Positions 1-9,374 are shown, numbered from the stretch's first letter. The stretch is DNA of 64,000 nt from an uncultured Pseudomonadota bacterium (GCA_963770835.1 CAVYRH010000004.1:384001-448000); one strand, 5' to 3'. A program made the numbers and translations. Notes: generated by a model not told the origin, from the sequence alone.

Positions 1-1263
1 CTTAGCCCTACGCCCACGACTACCCTGCCCAATACGGCGACTTTAACCGCGACATCCACCGCAACCCGTACCGCCACGGCAACCACCACGAATACCGCCA
101 GCAACAGCCCAACTGCCACCTCCCCATTGACCCCGACCGGGACAGCCACCAACAGCCCCACCGGCACCTCGACGGCAACGGCCACCCATACGCCGACGGT
201 TACGCCGGCCAATACATTGACGGCTACGCCGTCAAGTACTCCTACGGGCACGGCTACCGCGACGCTGGTCAACACCGGAACCCCGACCAGGACCAGTACC
301 TTGACCCCCACTTCCACCGCCACGGCTTCGACTACGGCGACCCCTACCCTCACGCGGACGCTAACGCCGGCAAACACAGCTACCGCCACGGCTACGCCTT
401 CGGCTTCGCCAACTCAAACCGCCACTTCAACGGCGTCGGTGACTCCCACTTTCAGCCCCACGCCGGTGACGGTTTCGGCCTCGCAAGGGTTGAGCCCGCC
501 GGGTAACTCCATCCAAATTCCGGGGGCTTCCGGGGTACCCATCCAACAGATCCAGGTGAACAATCCCAGCGGCAATCCGGTGACGCTCACCAGTATCACC
601 CTCTCCGAGACGGGAACCCCTCCCACCGGGATCACATCGATCAATTTATCAGTCAATGGAACGCTTATCGCCACCGCCGCCTTCAGCGGGCCGGACGCCA
701 CCCTCAGCTTCAACAGCGCCATTCCGGGGGCCAATGGAGCAGTGACCTACGAAGTCACCGCGAACTTCTCCTCCTCTTCACCGGCGGGGAACTATTCCTT
801 CAGCGCCACGGACGCCACGGGAAGCAACGGCCAGGCCCTTCTCTTTACCGGATTGCCCGTTCCAGGCGCCACGGTCACCATCGCCGCCGCCACGCCGACT
901 TATACCCCCAGTGCGTCGGCCACCCCAACGACCACTAAAACTTTAACGCCACCGCCGACGGCCACGGCTACCCGGACCCCGGCCCCTCCGGCCAAACCAG
1001 TGCTTTATCCCAACCCCGTTTCCACGGGGGGAGTGGCTCAGCTCAATCCGGGGTTGACGTTTGAATCGAACGTGAGCATCGAGATCTTCACGACCGCCTT
1101 CCGGAAGGTAGCGGATTTAACTTATTACAATGTCCAACCGGGGGTCAGCGTGCCCATTCCTTTGGCCGATGAGTGGGGAACGCCCTTGGCCAACGGCCTT
1201 TACTATGTGGTGGTGCAAACCAACCGGGGCCGGAATATCCTCAAATTGCTGGTCCTGCGGTAA
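1..1263 (+). CDS. Thr/Pro-rich secreted protein with an Ig-like domain and a T9SS/FlgD-like C-terminal domain (5' partial)
   Basis: Frame is open from base 1. Long T/P/A linkers; C-terminus YPNP...[10 protein letters not shown]...KLLVLR. Confidence 0.8.
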   Translation, partial: LSPTPTTTLPNTATLTATSTATRTATATTTNTASNSPTATSPLTPTGTATNSPTGTSTATATHTPTVTPANTLTATPSSTPTGTATATLVNTGTPTRTSTLTPTSTATASTTATPTLTRTLTPANTATATATPSASPTQTATSTASVTPTFSPTPVTVSASQGLSPPGNSIQIPGASGVPIQQIQVNNPSGNPVTLTSITLSETGTPPTGITSINLSVNGTLIATAAFSGPDATLSFNSAIPGANGAVTYEVTANFSSSSPAGNYSFSATDATGSNGQALLFTGLPVPGATVTIAAATPTYTPSASATPTTTKTLTPPPTATATRTPAPPAKPVLYPNPVSTGGVAQLNPGLTFESNVSIEIFTTAFRKVADLTYYNVQPGVSVPIPLADEWGTPLANGLYYVVVQTNRGRNILKLLVLR

Positions 1264-1519
1264 TTACCACTCCGCTTTGAACCGCGACCCGCGGGTTTAA
1301 TAATCCATCCCCGCAATTCCGGGAAATTCCGGTCCCAAGTCAAAAAAGAACCTGCCGGGGGCAGGGATTCGTCAAATTTGCGCCGGGCTTCCGCCAAGGG
1401 GCTTCCTTCTTTCCGGGCTTTTCCCTTACAAAACCACAATAAAACCACGCCTTTTTCTGGAATCAAAATTGCTTTATTCAATCCATATTTCGAATTCAGT
1501 ATTGAGGAGGGGATGATCT

Positions 1520-2590
1520 ATGAAATTATGGACCCTGGTTTTTTTGGCCGCTGTTCTTTTGGGCATACCGCTGGCTTGTACCAAACCTTTTAGCACCCCC
1601 CTATCGCCTTCCTCGGCGCCCCCGGTGGCTTCCGCCACCGCCACTTCAACCCCCACCTCCACCACCACGAACCAGGCCACCGGAACCCCCACCTCAACCG
1701 TCACCTGTTCGCCCACTCCAACCCCCCTGGCCGGGTCGTCCTGGACCTTTCAGACCCTCCCTGGTCTCCAGAGCTGGTGCTCGGTGACCTATGGGAAAGG
1801 AATTTTTGTGGCGATTTCAAAGGCGAGCGCGGTGGCCGCGACATCGCCCGACGGGGTCAATTGGACGGCCCAAAACCTGCCCAGTTCTCAACAATGGGTT
1901 TCGGTGACCTTTGGGAACGGTGTCTTTGTGGCGGTCGCGCAAAACAGCGCGGTGGCGGCAACCTCGCCGGATGGAATCAATTGGACGACCCAAACCCTTC
2001 CTAGTTCCGAAGCCTGGTCTTCGGTGACCTACGGCAACGGGGTCTTTACCGTGGTGAGTTGGTCGGCGGCGGCGGCGACCTCGCCGGACGGGGCCACTTG
2101 GACGGCCCAAACCCTTCCCAGTTCGCAGACCTGGATGTCCGTGGCCTATGGGAATGGGGTCTTTGTGGCGGTTTCTTATGGCGGTCCGGCAGGGGGCGGA
2201 AGCACCGTGGCGGCGACCTCGCCAGACGGGGCTACCTGGGCGGCCCAAACCCTTTCCAGCTCGCAAAGCTGGCAGGGCGTGACCTATGGGAATGGATTGT
2301 TCGTGGCGGTTTCGGGTGTGAGCAGCACGGTGGCTGCGACATCGCCGGACGGGGTCAATTGGACGAACCAAACACTTCCCAGCGCACAGGACTGGTATGC
2401 GGTGGGCTATGGGAACGGGACGTTCAAGGTGGTGACTTACGGCGGTTCGGCGGCGGCCACTTCGCCCGATGGAGTTCATTGGACGGCCGAGATCCTTCCC
2501 CTTTACCAGGATTGGATGTCCGTGGCCTACGGGAGCGGGGTCTTCCTGACGGTTGGGGAAAGAGGTACGGTGGCAGCAACGATGCCTTGA
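1520..2590 (+). CDS. Lipoprotein with ~7 BNR/Asp-box-like repeats (beta-propeller)
   Basis: SD GAGGAGG; lipobox-like LAC; Thr/Pro linker; repeats WxSVTYGNGVFVAV...AATSPDGxNWT. Confidence 0.8.
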   Translation: MKLWTLVFLAAVLLGIPLACTKPFSTPLSPSSAPPVASATATSTPTSTTTNQATGTPTSTVTCSPTPTPLAGSSWTFQTLPGLQSWCSVTYGKGIFVAISKASAVAATSPDGVNWTAQNLPSSQQWVSVTFGNGVFVAVAQNSAVAATSPDGINWTTQTLPSSEAWSSVTYGNGVFTVVSWSAAAATSPDGATWTAQTLPSSQTWMSVAYGNGVFVAVSYGGPAGGGSTVAATSPDGATWAAQTLSSSQSWQGVTYGNGLFVAVSGVSSTVAATSPDGVNWTNQTLPSAQDWYAVGYGNGTFKVVTYGGSAAATSPDGVHWTAEILPLYQDWMSVAYGSGVFLTVGERGTVAATMP

Positions 2591-2776
2591 GGGCGTTGCG
2601 CTTAGGATTACTATTTTTACGGCTCGGTGTTCCGCCGCGGAACATCCCTGCCGCTTTCCCGGGGTTTGAAGGGGTATCGTAGGGGGCTTTTCCCCTACGA
2701 GTGCGAAGCACGGGGGGAATGGTATAATTCCTCCGTTGATCTTTTGTAGGAAGAAGAGCCGGTTATACGGGGCCCT

Positions 2777-3178
2777 ATGAAAAATCCATCCTTCCTCGAC
2801 AATTGCCGGTCCAATGGGTTATCGCTCATCGGGGCGGCCCTGATCATGGCCACGATCCTGGGCTCGGCAGCCTGGTACGACCATACCCATCCCCATTATT
2901 GGACCTATGAAACCCATTCCCCGGTGGATGTCAGCCGGCAGGCCATGAAGGATTACCAGGTGGGCCGGTACCAGGAGGCGGAGATGGGCTTCCGGGCCGC
3001 CACCGTTTTGGAACCCACCCGCATGGAGCATTGGTACAACCTGGGGAACGCCTGCTTCAAGCAGGGCAAATACCAGGATGCCATCGTGGCCTACCTGAAG
3101 GCCTATGACCTGGCCCCTTCCGACCCCGATATCCGCTACAACCTGAACCTCGCCTGGCGGCGGATGGCGGGGGGCTAA
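2777..3178 (+). CDS. Membrane-anchored TPR protein
   Basis: N-terminal TM helix; TPR motif WYNLGNACFKQGKYQDAIVAY. Confidence 0.8.
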   Translation: MKNPSFLDNCRSNGLSLIGAALIMATILGSAAWYDHTHPHYWTYETHSPVDVSRQAMKDYQVGRYQEAEMGFRAATVLEPTRMEHWYNLGNACFKQGKYQDAIVAYLKAYDLAPSDPDIRYNLNLAWRRMAGG

Positions 3179-3341
3179 AGGTTTTGAGCCCCCCATTTCC
3201 GGCCTGATTGCTTTGGCCATGCCCACCTATTTGGTTTTGATCCCCGCCGCCGTGAGCCTCATGGTTCCCGCAATCTTTAACATATCGATGCCCTTCAAAT
3301 TGAGACTACATTTGTGGTAACATTTTCCTGGAGGTGATTCC

Positions 3342-3575
3342 ATGAAAGTCGCATCAGTCCGTGATTTCAAAACCAAAGCCACCCAATTCCTGAACAGCGA
3401 GGAAGAAGTGGTCGTGACGCGCCACGGCAAGCCCATCGCCGTTTTGACCCACGTTAAATCCAATTCCGTGGATTCACTCCTGTTGGAACTTCGGGCCGTC
3501 CTTAAAAGCGCGGGGATTTCCAAAAAAGAAGCCCTTGCCGCCCTGGAGGAAGCCCGCCAAGAGGTCTACCGTTAA
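3342..3575 (+). CDS. Phd/YefM-family antitoxin
   Basis: SD GGAGGT; VVVTRHGKPIAVL signature; directly upstream of a PIN gene. Confidence 0.85.
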   Translation: MKVASVRDFKTKATQFLNSEEEVVVTRHGKPIAVLTHVKSNSVDSLLLELRAVLKSAGISKKEALAALEEARQEVYR

Positions 3576-3993
3576 GGTCATCCTGGACGCCAACATATTG
3601 GTTTCGGCGGCTTTCGGCGGGGTGCCGGCGCGGGCAACCGCGAGGGCTTTCCGGGAGGAAGTCTGGACCTGCCCTGAGATCAACCAGGAGCTCCTGGCCC
3701 TCGGGCGCCACCTGCCCAAGCGCCTTTCGCAACAACAGCTTTCCATTTGGAATTCCGCCCTGCTCCCGCTCATTTCGAGGATGAAAATAGGCCAGGCCGG
3801 CCGCCGCCTTTCCTTATCCCGTGACCCGAAGGATGATATCTACCTGTCTTTGGCCCGGGCTGTCCCCGCCGATTTCCTTGTAACGGGCGACAAGGACCTT
3901 CTTTCGATCCGCAAGGAAAAATTGGAGCCGGTTGGTTTGGGAAACTTGGGGGTCGTCACACCCAGGGAATTCCTATCACGGGTTGAGCCGTGA
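3535..3993 (+). CDS. PIN-domain (VapC-like) toxin; start uncertain
   Basis: VILDANILVSA, RDPKDD and LVTGDKDLL PIN motifs; overlaps the antitoxin. Confidence 0.85.
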   Translation: MPPWRKPAKRSTVKVILDANILVSAAFGGVPARATARAFREEVWTCPEINQELLALGRHLPKRLSQQQLSIWNSALLPLISRMKIGQAGRRLSLSRDPKDDIYLSLARAVPADFLVTGDKDLLSIRKEKLEPVGLGNLGVVTPREFLSRVEP

Positions 3994-4096
3994 AGTGAGA
4001 GCCGCGACTTGTGGTAGTGTCCTAATTTGACCCAGCAAAGCCTGTTTCGGGCTTGATTTTTAGTTCCTTTGGAATGTCAACGAGATAAAATTTCAA

Positions 4097-4278
4097 CGGA
4101 ACTATGTACTTGGCACAGCAACCCAATAAACCCTCGCCCCTTGGGGGAGAGGGTAGGGTGAGGGGTGCTTTTAATTAGCTACATCACCCTCACCCCGGCC
4201 CTCTCCCCTCAAGGGAGAGGGAGTAACCACGGCTAAAAGGCCAGTCTTAAAACGTGCTTTGCCAAGTGCATAGTTCCG
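4097..4278. mobile_element. MITE, 182 bp, with 19-bp TIRs and an 8-bp target duplication
   Basis: CGGAACTATGTACTTGGCA (4097-4115) versus TGCCAAGTGCATAGTTCCG (4260-4278), 1 mismatch; AATTTCAA at 4089-4096 and 4279-4286. Confidence 0.85.
4131..4222. repeat. REP-like nested palindrome (CCCTCTCCC...GGGAGAGGG / GGGTGAGGG...CCCTCACCC)
   Basis: Two hairpins inside the MITE; the same family recurs at 8846-8999. Confidence 0.8.
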
Positions 4279-4287
4279 AATTTCAAT

Positions 4288-4470
4288 ATGGATTTTCCTA
4301 CAGGTTTTGGAATTTTTCTTGCTGCCTTGGGTGCCGCTTTGACCATTTATCCCATACATAAATGGTCAGAAAAAAGGAGAAAAGCTGTTTCCCTTTGTAT
4401 TCTTGTTGTCTCTATTTTTTTTATTTTGTTATTCCCTGTGATAAAAAATTTTAGGGATTTATATACTTAA
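4288..4470 (+). CDS. Small AT-rich two-TM protein
   Basis: 60 aa with two hydrophobic segments separated by a basic loop; no family recognised. Confidence 0.35.
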   Translation: MDFPTGFGIFLAALGAALTIYPIHKWSEKRRKAVSLCILVVSIFFILLFPVIKNFRDLYT

Positions 4471-4495
4471 ATCCCGAAAACAAAAAAAGTTTATT

Positions 4496-4580
4496 AACCG
4501 CCGATGGACGCCGATGAAGCAAAAAAATTCACCCATGGTTTAAGCCGTTATCGGCGTCCATCGGTTGTTGATCGGCGGTT
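4496..4580. repeat. Period-9 inverted-repeat element
   Basis: ACCGCCGATGGACGCCGATG ... ATCGGCGTCCATCGG...ATCGGCGGT. Confidence 0.75.
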
Positions 4581-4707
4581 CATAAGTCTTTTAGGGAGCT
4601 AAATAAATAATTCCCCAAAATCCCCTTAATGGCACCTTCTGAAACTCCCAGGTCTAAAATCCGGCTTTGGCCTATAATTCAGTATTCCATCCGCTAAAGG
4701 TGCGTTT

Positions 4708-5638
4708 GTGCGCTTAAAGTATTTCCGTTTCCTATTGGCCGTTCCCTTGGTTTTGACAGGGATGGCAGGCAAGGCGGTTTCAAAACCCGTGTCGAAAACC
4801 TTCCAAAATCCCATCCTCACCGGCTTCCATCCCGACCCCAGCGTTTGCCGGGTGGGGGAGGATTTTTACCTCACGAACTCCACCTTCGAGTTCTTCCCGG
4901 GCCTTCCCATCTACCACAGCCGCGACCTGGTCCATTGGGATCAGGTCGGCAACGCCTTGGACCGGCCCAGCCAGCTTCCCCTTAAGGGGGCGACGGACTC
5001 CGGCGGCCTCTACGCGCCGACGCTGCGCTATTGGAAGGGGACCTTCTACCTGGTCTGCGATAACGTCAGCGGGGGAGGGAATTTCATCGTCACCGCCAAG
5101 GACCCGGCGGGCCCCTGGTCCGAACCGGTCTGGGTGAACGACTACGGGATCGACGGCTCCCTATTCTTCGACGATGACGGGAAGATCTATTACCACCGGG
5201 CGGGCGCCGACAACGGGAACGGCATTTCCCAGGGGGAATTGGACCCTTCCACCCTGAAGCTCAAGGCACCCTTGAGGAAGATCTGGGAATATCCGGGCGA
5301 ATGGAACGAAGGCCCCCATCTCTATAAGGTCAACGGGACCTACTATCTGATTTCCGCGACCGGCGGCACCGAAAGCCACCACCAGGAAGTCGTGGCCCGA
5401 TCCAAAAGCCCTTGGGGCCCCTTCGAATCCAGCCCCCACAACCCGATGCTGACCGAGCGTGACGACCTGAAAAGCCCCATCCAATGCGCCGGCCACGCAG
5501 ACCTGTTCAACGCCCCCGATGGAACCTGGTGGGCGGTTTTCCTGGGGACTAGGCCCCAAGACGGAATGTCCGTGCTGGGCCGGGAGACCTTCCTGGCGCC
5601 GGTGGAGTGGACGAAGGATGGCTGGCCCATCGTGGGCA
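4708..5638 (+). CDS. GH43 beta-xylosidase/arabinofuranosidase, exon 1 (signal peptide and catalytic domain)
   Basis: NPILTGFHPDPSVCRVGEDFYL, YAPTLRY, EGPHLYK, GHADL, LGRETFLAPVEW-GWP; homology-like sequence stops abruptly after GWPIVG. Confidence 0.9.
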
Positions 5639-6439
5639 TCGTGCCAGAGGAGGGTTTGCAGAGCCAGCAGGTGAGGGAGTAGGCCGATGAGGGTCAACCC
5701 AAGTCCTGACCAGGTAATCACCAGAGAGCCTGGAAGTCAGCCCCCGGCGTAGGATCGAGAGGTCCTGCCCGAAACGGGGTCATAAACCTCATTTAGTGAG
5801 GGAACAATCCAGCAGTCCGCAACATCAAGTGAATCCTGCCGCTTCGTGAATGGGACACCGAAAGGTGCAAGGGGATGCCGAGCCGCGTGTCTACTGGCGA
5901 AGGCCACGATCCCGCTGAAGAATCTGGTAGCAAGCGGGGCAAGTCCTCCGGAGTATGGGGAACGGAATGTTGGAAAGGCTATGCAAGCAAGCTGGGAGAT
6001 CCTACCCGCCAAAAGACTTGCCGCTATAAGGCTAAAACCGAAAAGAGGCAAGGGTGGGAGGAAGTCGGAGGGGGTCACAGTACCGATGAAGGGGTGGACA
6101 ACAAAACCACCCTGAGGGAAGGACCCCTGCTTCAACCATGTGTCTCAAAGAAGGTAGGCGCTGGAGCATGCCCCAAAAAGGGCCAACAACTCTGTAGTAC
6201 CAAAGCGCGAGGCCTTTGACAACAGGCACTATGCCGAGCGGCCAAGGGGGAAGTCGAACCTGTAAAGCCGCCGGAGGAGAGGTTGTCGGAAAGCCGTATG
6301 ATCGAAAAGGTCACGTACGGTTTGACGAGGGGGCGCTGGAAACGAAGTGATGAGGGAACCTCGTTGGGGCACGGAACCGGAAACGGGGAAACAGATCAAG
6401 GAACCCTCTGCACACCATCGCGCCAGTGCTCTACTCTGC
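5639..6439 (+). ncRNA. ORF-less group II intron, 801 nt (boundaries +/-2 nt)
   Basis: D5 at 6290-6323 (AAAGCCGTATGATCGAAAAGGTCACGTACGGTTT, AGC triad). D6 pairs 6327-6339 with 6423-6436, with bulged A6433. D3-like segment at 6061-6133; GTGCC at 5641. Removal joins the GH43 halves in frame. Confidence 0.9.
6168..6246 (+). pseudogene. Remnant N-terminus of a group II intron-encoded RT
   Basis: ATG...MPQKGPTTL*, then after a frameshift KARGL*QQALCRAAK. This resembles the KVRxLQRxLYxAAK start of intron RTs and lies in the D4 position. Confidence 0.6.
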
Positions 6440-7611
6440 AGGACCATCACGTGGCTTTGGAAATGGAAGCGCCCAAGCTCCCACCACCCCCTCGTATGCC
6501 GAAGCCCGGCGACCGTGAGAACTTCAGCGCAAGGGGGTTGGGGCCCAGGTGGCTCCATATCCGCAATTTCGACCCGAAGAATTTCTCGTTTGAGGAGCGC
6601 GAAGGCTACCTGCGTATTCGGGCCGCGAAGGATAGCCTCGACAACCGTTGGGAAGGACCGGCTTTCGTGGGCCAACGCCAACCCGCTTTCCGTTTCACCG
6701 CCCGCACCGAAATGGAATTCGCTCCCCAACAAGACGGGGAAGAAGCGGGTCTTTGCGTGAGGGCCAACGAGGGCAACCATTACGAGATCGGCATAAGGAA
6801 GTTCGAAGGGAAGACCCAGCTATTCGTGCGCAACCGGATTATGAACCGGGAATATCTGATGGCCCAAGAGCCGGTGGCCTTAGGCCCGGTCCAATTGGAG
6901 ATATCGGGGTCCGAGGAGAAGTACCAGTTCGCCTGGTCCGCCGACGGCAAAACCTGGTCCACCCTCGCGGTTTGCCCCACCGCCGACCTTTCCCGGGAAA
7001 AAGCCGGGGGCTTTACCGGTACCACCCTCGGCCTCTACGCCACCGCCAACGGTAGGGATTCCCAGGCCTACGCGGATTTCGAGTGGTTTGAACTGCGTCC
7101 CGGTGTTGCCCCCCAACAAGGCCCGCTTACGCGCCGCCCCTCACCGACCCCATTAACCCCCTCGGACCATTGGCGAATCCTCACGAACCGGGAGGACTAC
7201 CGGGACAAGGCGGGTCTGGATTGGTCCTGGGATGTGGGTTATTCGGGAGGTGAGACCAACCGGAGCTGGGGGGGTATCGGGGGGGCCACGGACCAGGAGC
7301 TTTTCCAGCACGAGCGCTTCGGCAAGGATTTCAGCTATACCCTTCCCGTCTTGCCGGGCAAGTACCAGGTCCGCCTCAAATTCGTGGAGACGGCCGTGAA
7401 GAACAAGGGGGAAAGGGTCTTCGACGTCCTCATCAACGGGAAAAAGGCCCTGACTGGTTTTGACATCCTCCAAGAGGCGGGTGGCCCCGATAAGGCCCTC
7501 GAGAAGACATTCCGGGACGTCGCCCCCGACGCCCAGGGACAGATCACCCTTCGGTTCATCGCGTCCGCCGGGGACGCCAAGGTCTGCGCCATCGAGATCG
7601 AGCGCCAATAA
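6440..7611 (+). CDS. GH43 exon 2: beta-sandwich (GH43 C-terminal) domain plus malectin domain
   Basis: EEAGLCV and GGFTGTTLGLYA; malectin motifs ERFGKDFSY, VRLKFVE, RVFDVLING, AIEI. In frame with exon 1 (spliced product ~700 aa). Confidence 0.85.
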
Positions 7612-7637
7612 AAAAGGATATTTTTAGGAGGCCTTCC

Positions 7638-7844
7638 GTGGGCACAATTAGTTTGAGACTACCCGAAAACCTTCACCGTTCGGTACGGGCTTTGGCGGGA
7701 AAAGAGCATGTTTCGATCAATCAAATGATAACGTTGGCCCTCGCGGAAAAAATTTCGGCTTTGATGGCCGACGAATATTTGGGCGGCCGGGCCAAGCGCG
7801 GAGTTGGGCCTAAAGGCGGCCAGTGGATCAGTGAAGTATGTTGA
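7638..7844 (+). pseudogene. HicB-like/RHH antitoxin, probably C-terminally truncated at ~7802
   Basis: SD AGGAGG; ISLRLPENLH...VSINQMITLALAEKISAL...RAKRG, then unrelated sequence; no toxin partner. Confidence 0.65.
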
Positions 7845-8040
7845 TGTGGAGACATACCACGGGGACATAAGTGAGGTGGGCTACACCAAATTGAAAGAGC
7901 CGTTCCATTATCAAAAGGAATTCCGGTTGTCCCTAACATTCAATGACACCGCACCAGACGAATATATCCTTGATATTGGTTCTATTAGAGACATTGCCGA
8001 AACACAACTCCTGATCCAACCAAAAGCGGTGGTGGATTGA
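7804..8040 (+). pseudogene. Lower-GC gene fragment of unknown function
   Basis: Protein-like reading (YQKEFRL...ILDIGSIRDIA) without a credible start or SD. Confidence 0.45.
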
Positions 8041-8177
8041 TGCAGGAGAACAATCGTAAACAAAGGATCAGGACTGTAGTTTGCACTTTTCCCACTACCC
8101 GCAATGTTTTGTTTGAACAAACCGATATTTTGACCCAACTATTTTGACCCAACGCCGACATCCGAATGGGAGACCCC

Positions 8178-8750
8178 ATGACCCCGTCTTTTGAAACGGC
8201 CCTCGCGTCCTGGCACGATTTCTACCTGCTCGTGGGAACAGGCGCCTTCACATTGATCGGCCTCATGTTCGTTGCCGTGACCTTCGGCGCACACCTCATG
8301 ACTCAAAAGAACTTGGTGATTGCGCGCGCTTTCCTCGATCCCACCGTCATCCATTTCGTCCAGGTGCTCGTCATCTCGGGGATAGCGCTCGTGCCCGGGA
8401 TGGGGCATGAGCTTTTCGGCGGCTTGTTGGTGGCTGTCGGGGTGTTGAGCCTGTTGGTGCTCGTCCAAGTCCACGAGGGCTTGCGGACCGCCCAAGACCA
8501 GTACAACGACATGGAACTGGCGGATTGGGTGACCGGGTTCATCATCCCGTTGGTGGTCTATATCGGGTTCGTGGGCTGTGGCATTGCTTTTTGGATGGGA
8601 CAGATGGCCTTCAGCCTGCTCGCGGTTTTGACCATCATCATCCTGCTCATCAGCATTTATAGCGCCTGGGAACTCATCCTGTGGTTCGCGGTCATGCGCA
8701 AGCCCAACGTTCCTCGAAAGAACCGGGTTAGGAAAAGCTCAAGGGCCTAA
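8178..8750 (+). CDS. Integral membrane protein (~5 TM)
   Basis: WHDFYLLVGTGAFTLIGLMFVAV followed by several hydrophobic helices; SD GGAG before ATG 8178. Confidence 0.8.
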   Translation: MTPSFETALASWHDFYLLVGTGAFTLIGLMFVAVTFGAHLMTQKNLVIARAFLDPTVIHFVQVLVISGIALVPGMGHELFGGLLVAVGVLSLLVLVQVHEGLRTAQDQYNDMELADWVTGFIIPLVVYIGFVGCGIAFWMGQMAFSLLAVLTIIILLISIYSAWELILWFAVMRKPNVPRKNRVRKSSRA

Positions 8751-8845
8751 CCGGCCCGGTCCTTATTCTGCTGATAAACCCCAGAACAAATGAGTCAGGC
8801 CCATAGTTTATATATAAGGGCACCTCTAAAAATAACTTCAACGGC

Positions 8846-9024
8846 ACCCCTCACCCTAATCTTCTCCCGCAAGGGGCGAGGGGAATGGGGAATTTGCAGG
8901 TCTTTTACACCTTCTCCCTTGAGGGGAGAAGGCCGGGATGAGGGTGGTTTTGGTAAGCAAAGGCACCCTCACCCTACCCTCTCCCCTTGAGGGAGAGGGT
9001 TTCTTATGCCAAGTGCACAGTTCC
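8846..9024. repeat. REP-like palindrome cluster ending in a copy of the MITE right TIR
   Basis: Three CCCTCTCCC/GGGAGAGGG-type hairpins; TGCCAAGTGCACAGTTCC at 9007-9024. Confidence 0.75.
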
Positions 9025-9374
9025 AATTTTATATATAAGCTGTTCATCCAAATCCTTGCTCGCGTCCCCAAATCCCTAAATACCCCGAATCTTTTACGCC
9101 CCTTTAAAAAAACAGCTTCCCGGCGAATCAGGTTAAACATTCGTAGGATTAGGCAAATGTTTTGCCTTCGGGGAAGCGCCAACCCAAGACATCGCGAAAC
9201 TGCGCGAGCAAATGGTGGGGGCCCGCGAGCAATTGGCAGGGGTTGGCGAGGCTTAATTGAAACAGCGGTTTCGAATGATATTCGTCATAGAGGCGGCCCC
9301 GGGCTGCCTTTACTATTTTATGGGGACGATTTTGAAAGGCCGGGGAGGTAAAATAGTCCTGATTCGAAGAAATC

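Noticed and set aside
1750..2560. Regular ~117-130 bp DNA repeats as a CRISPR array
   Set aside because: They are degenerate in-frame protein repeats with no repeat-spacer structure and no cas genes.
2677..2711. Hairpin TCGTAGGGG...CCCCTACGA as an ncRNA
   Set aside because: A single short hairpin without a U-tract or second copy; at most a terminator or repeat fragment.
5737..6219. ORFs inside the intron (5737-6135, 5846-6115, 5875-6219)
   Set aside because: No RT or other motifs; they overlap structured RNA domains.
9110..9350. Possible riboswitch (c-di-GMP-I-like GAAA/GCAAA, stem 9177-9185 with 9240-9248) upstream of the acyl-CoA dehydrogenase
   Set aside because: Core motif order and spacing do not fit; the region also reads as a short helical peptide remnant. 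A covariance search is needed.
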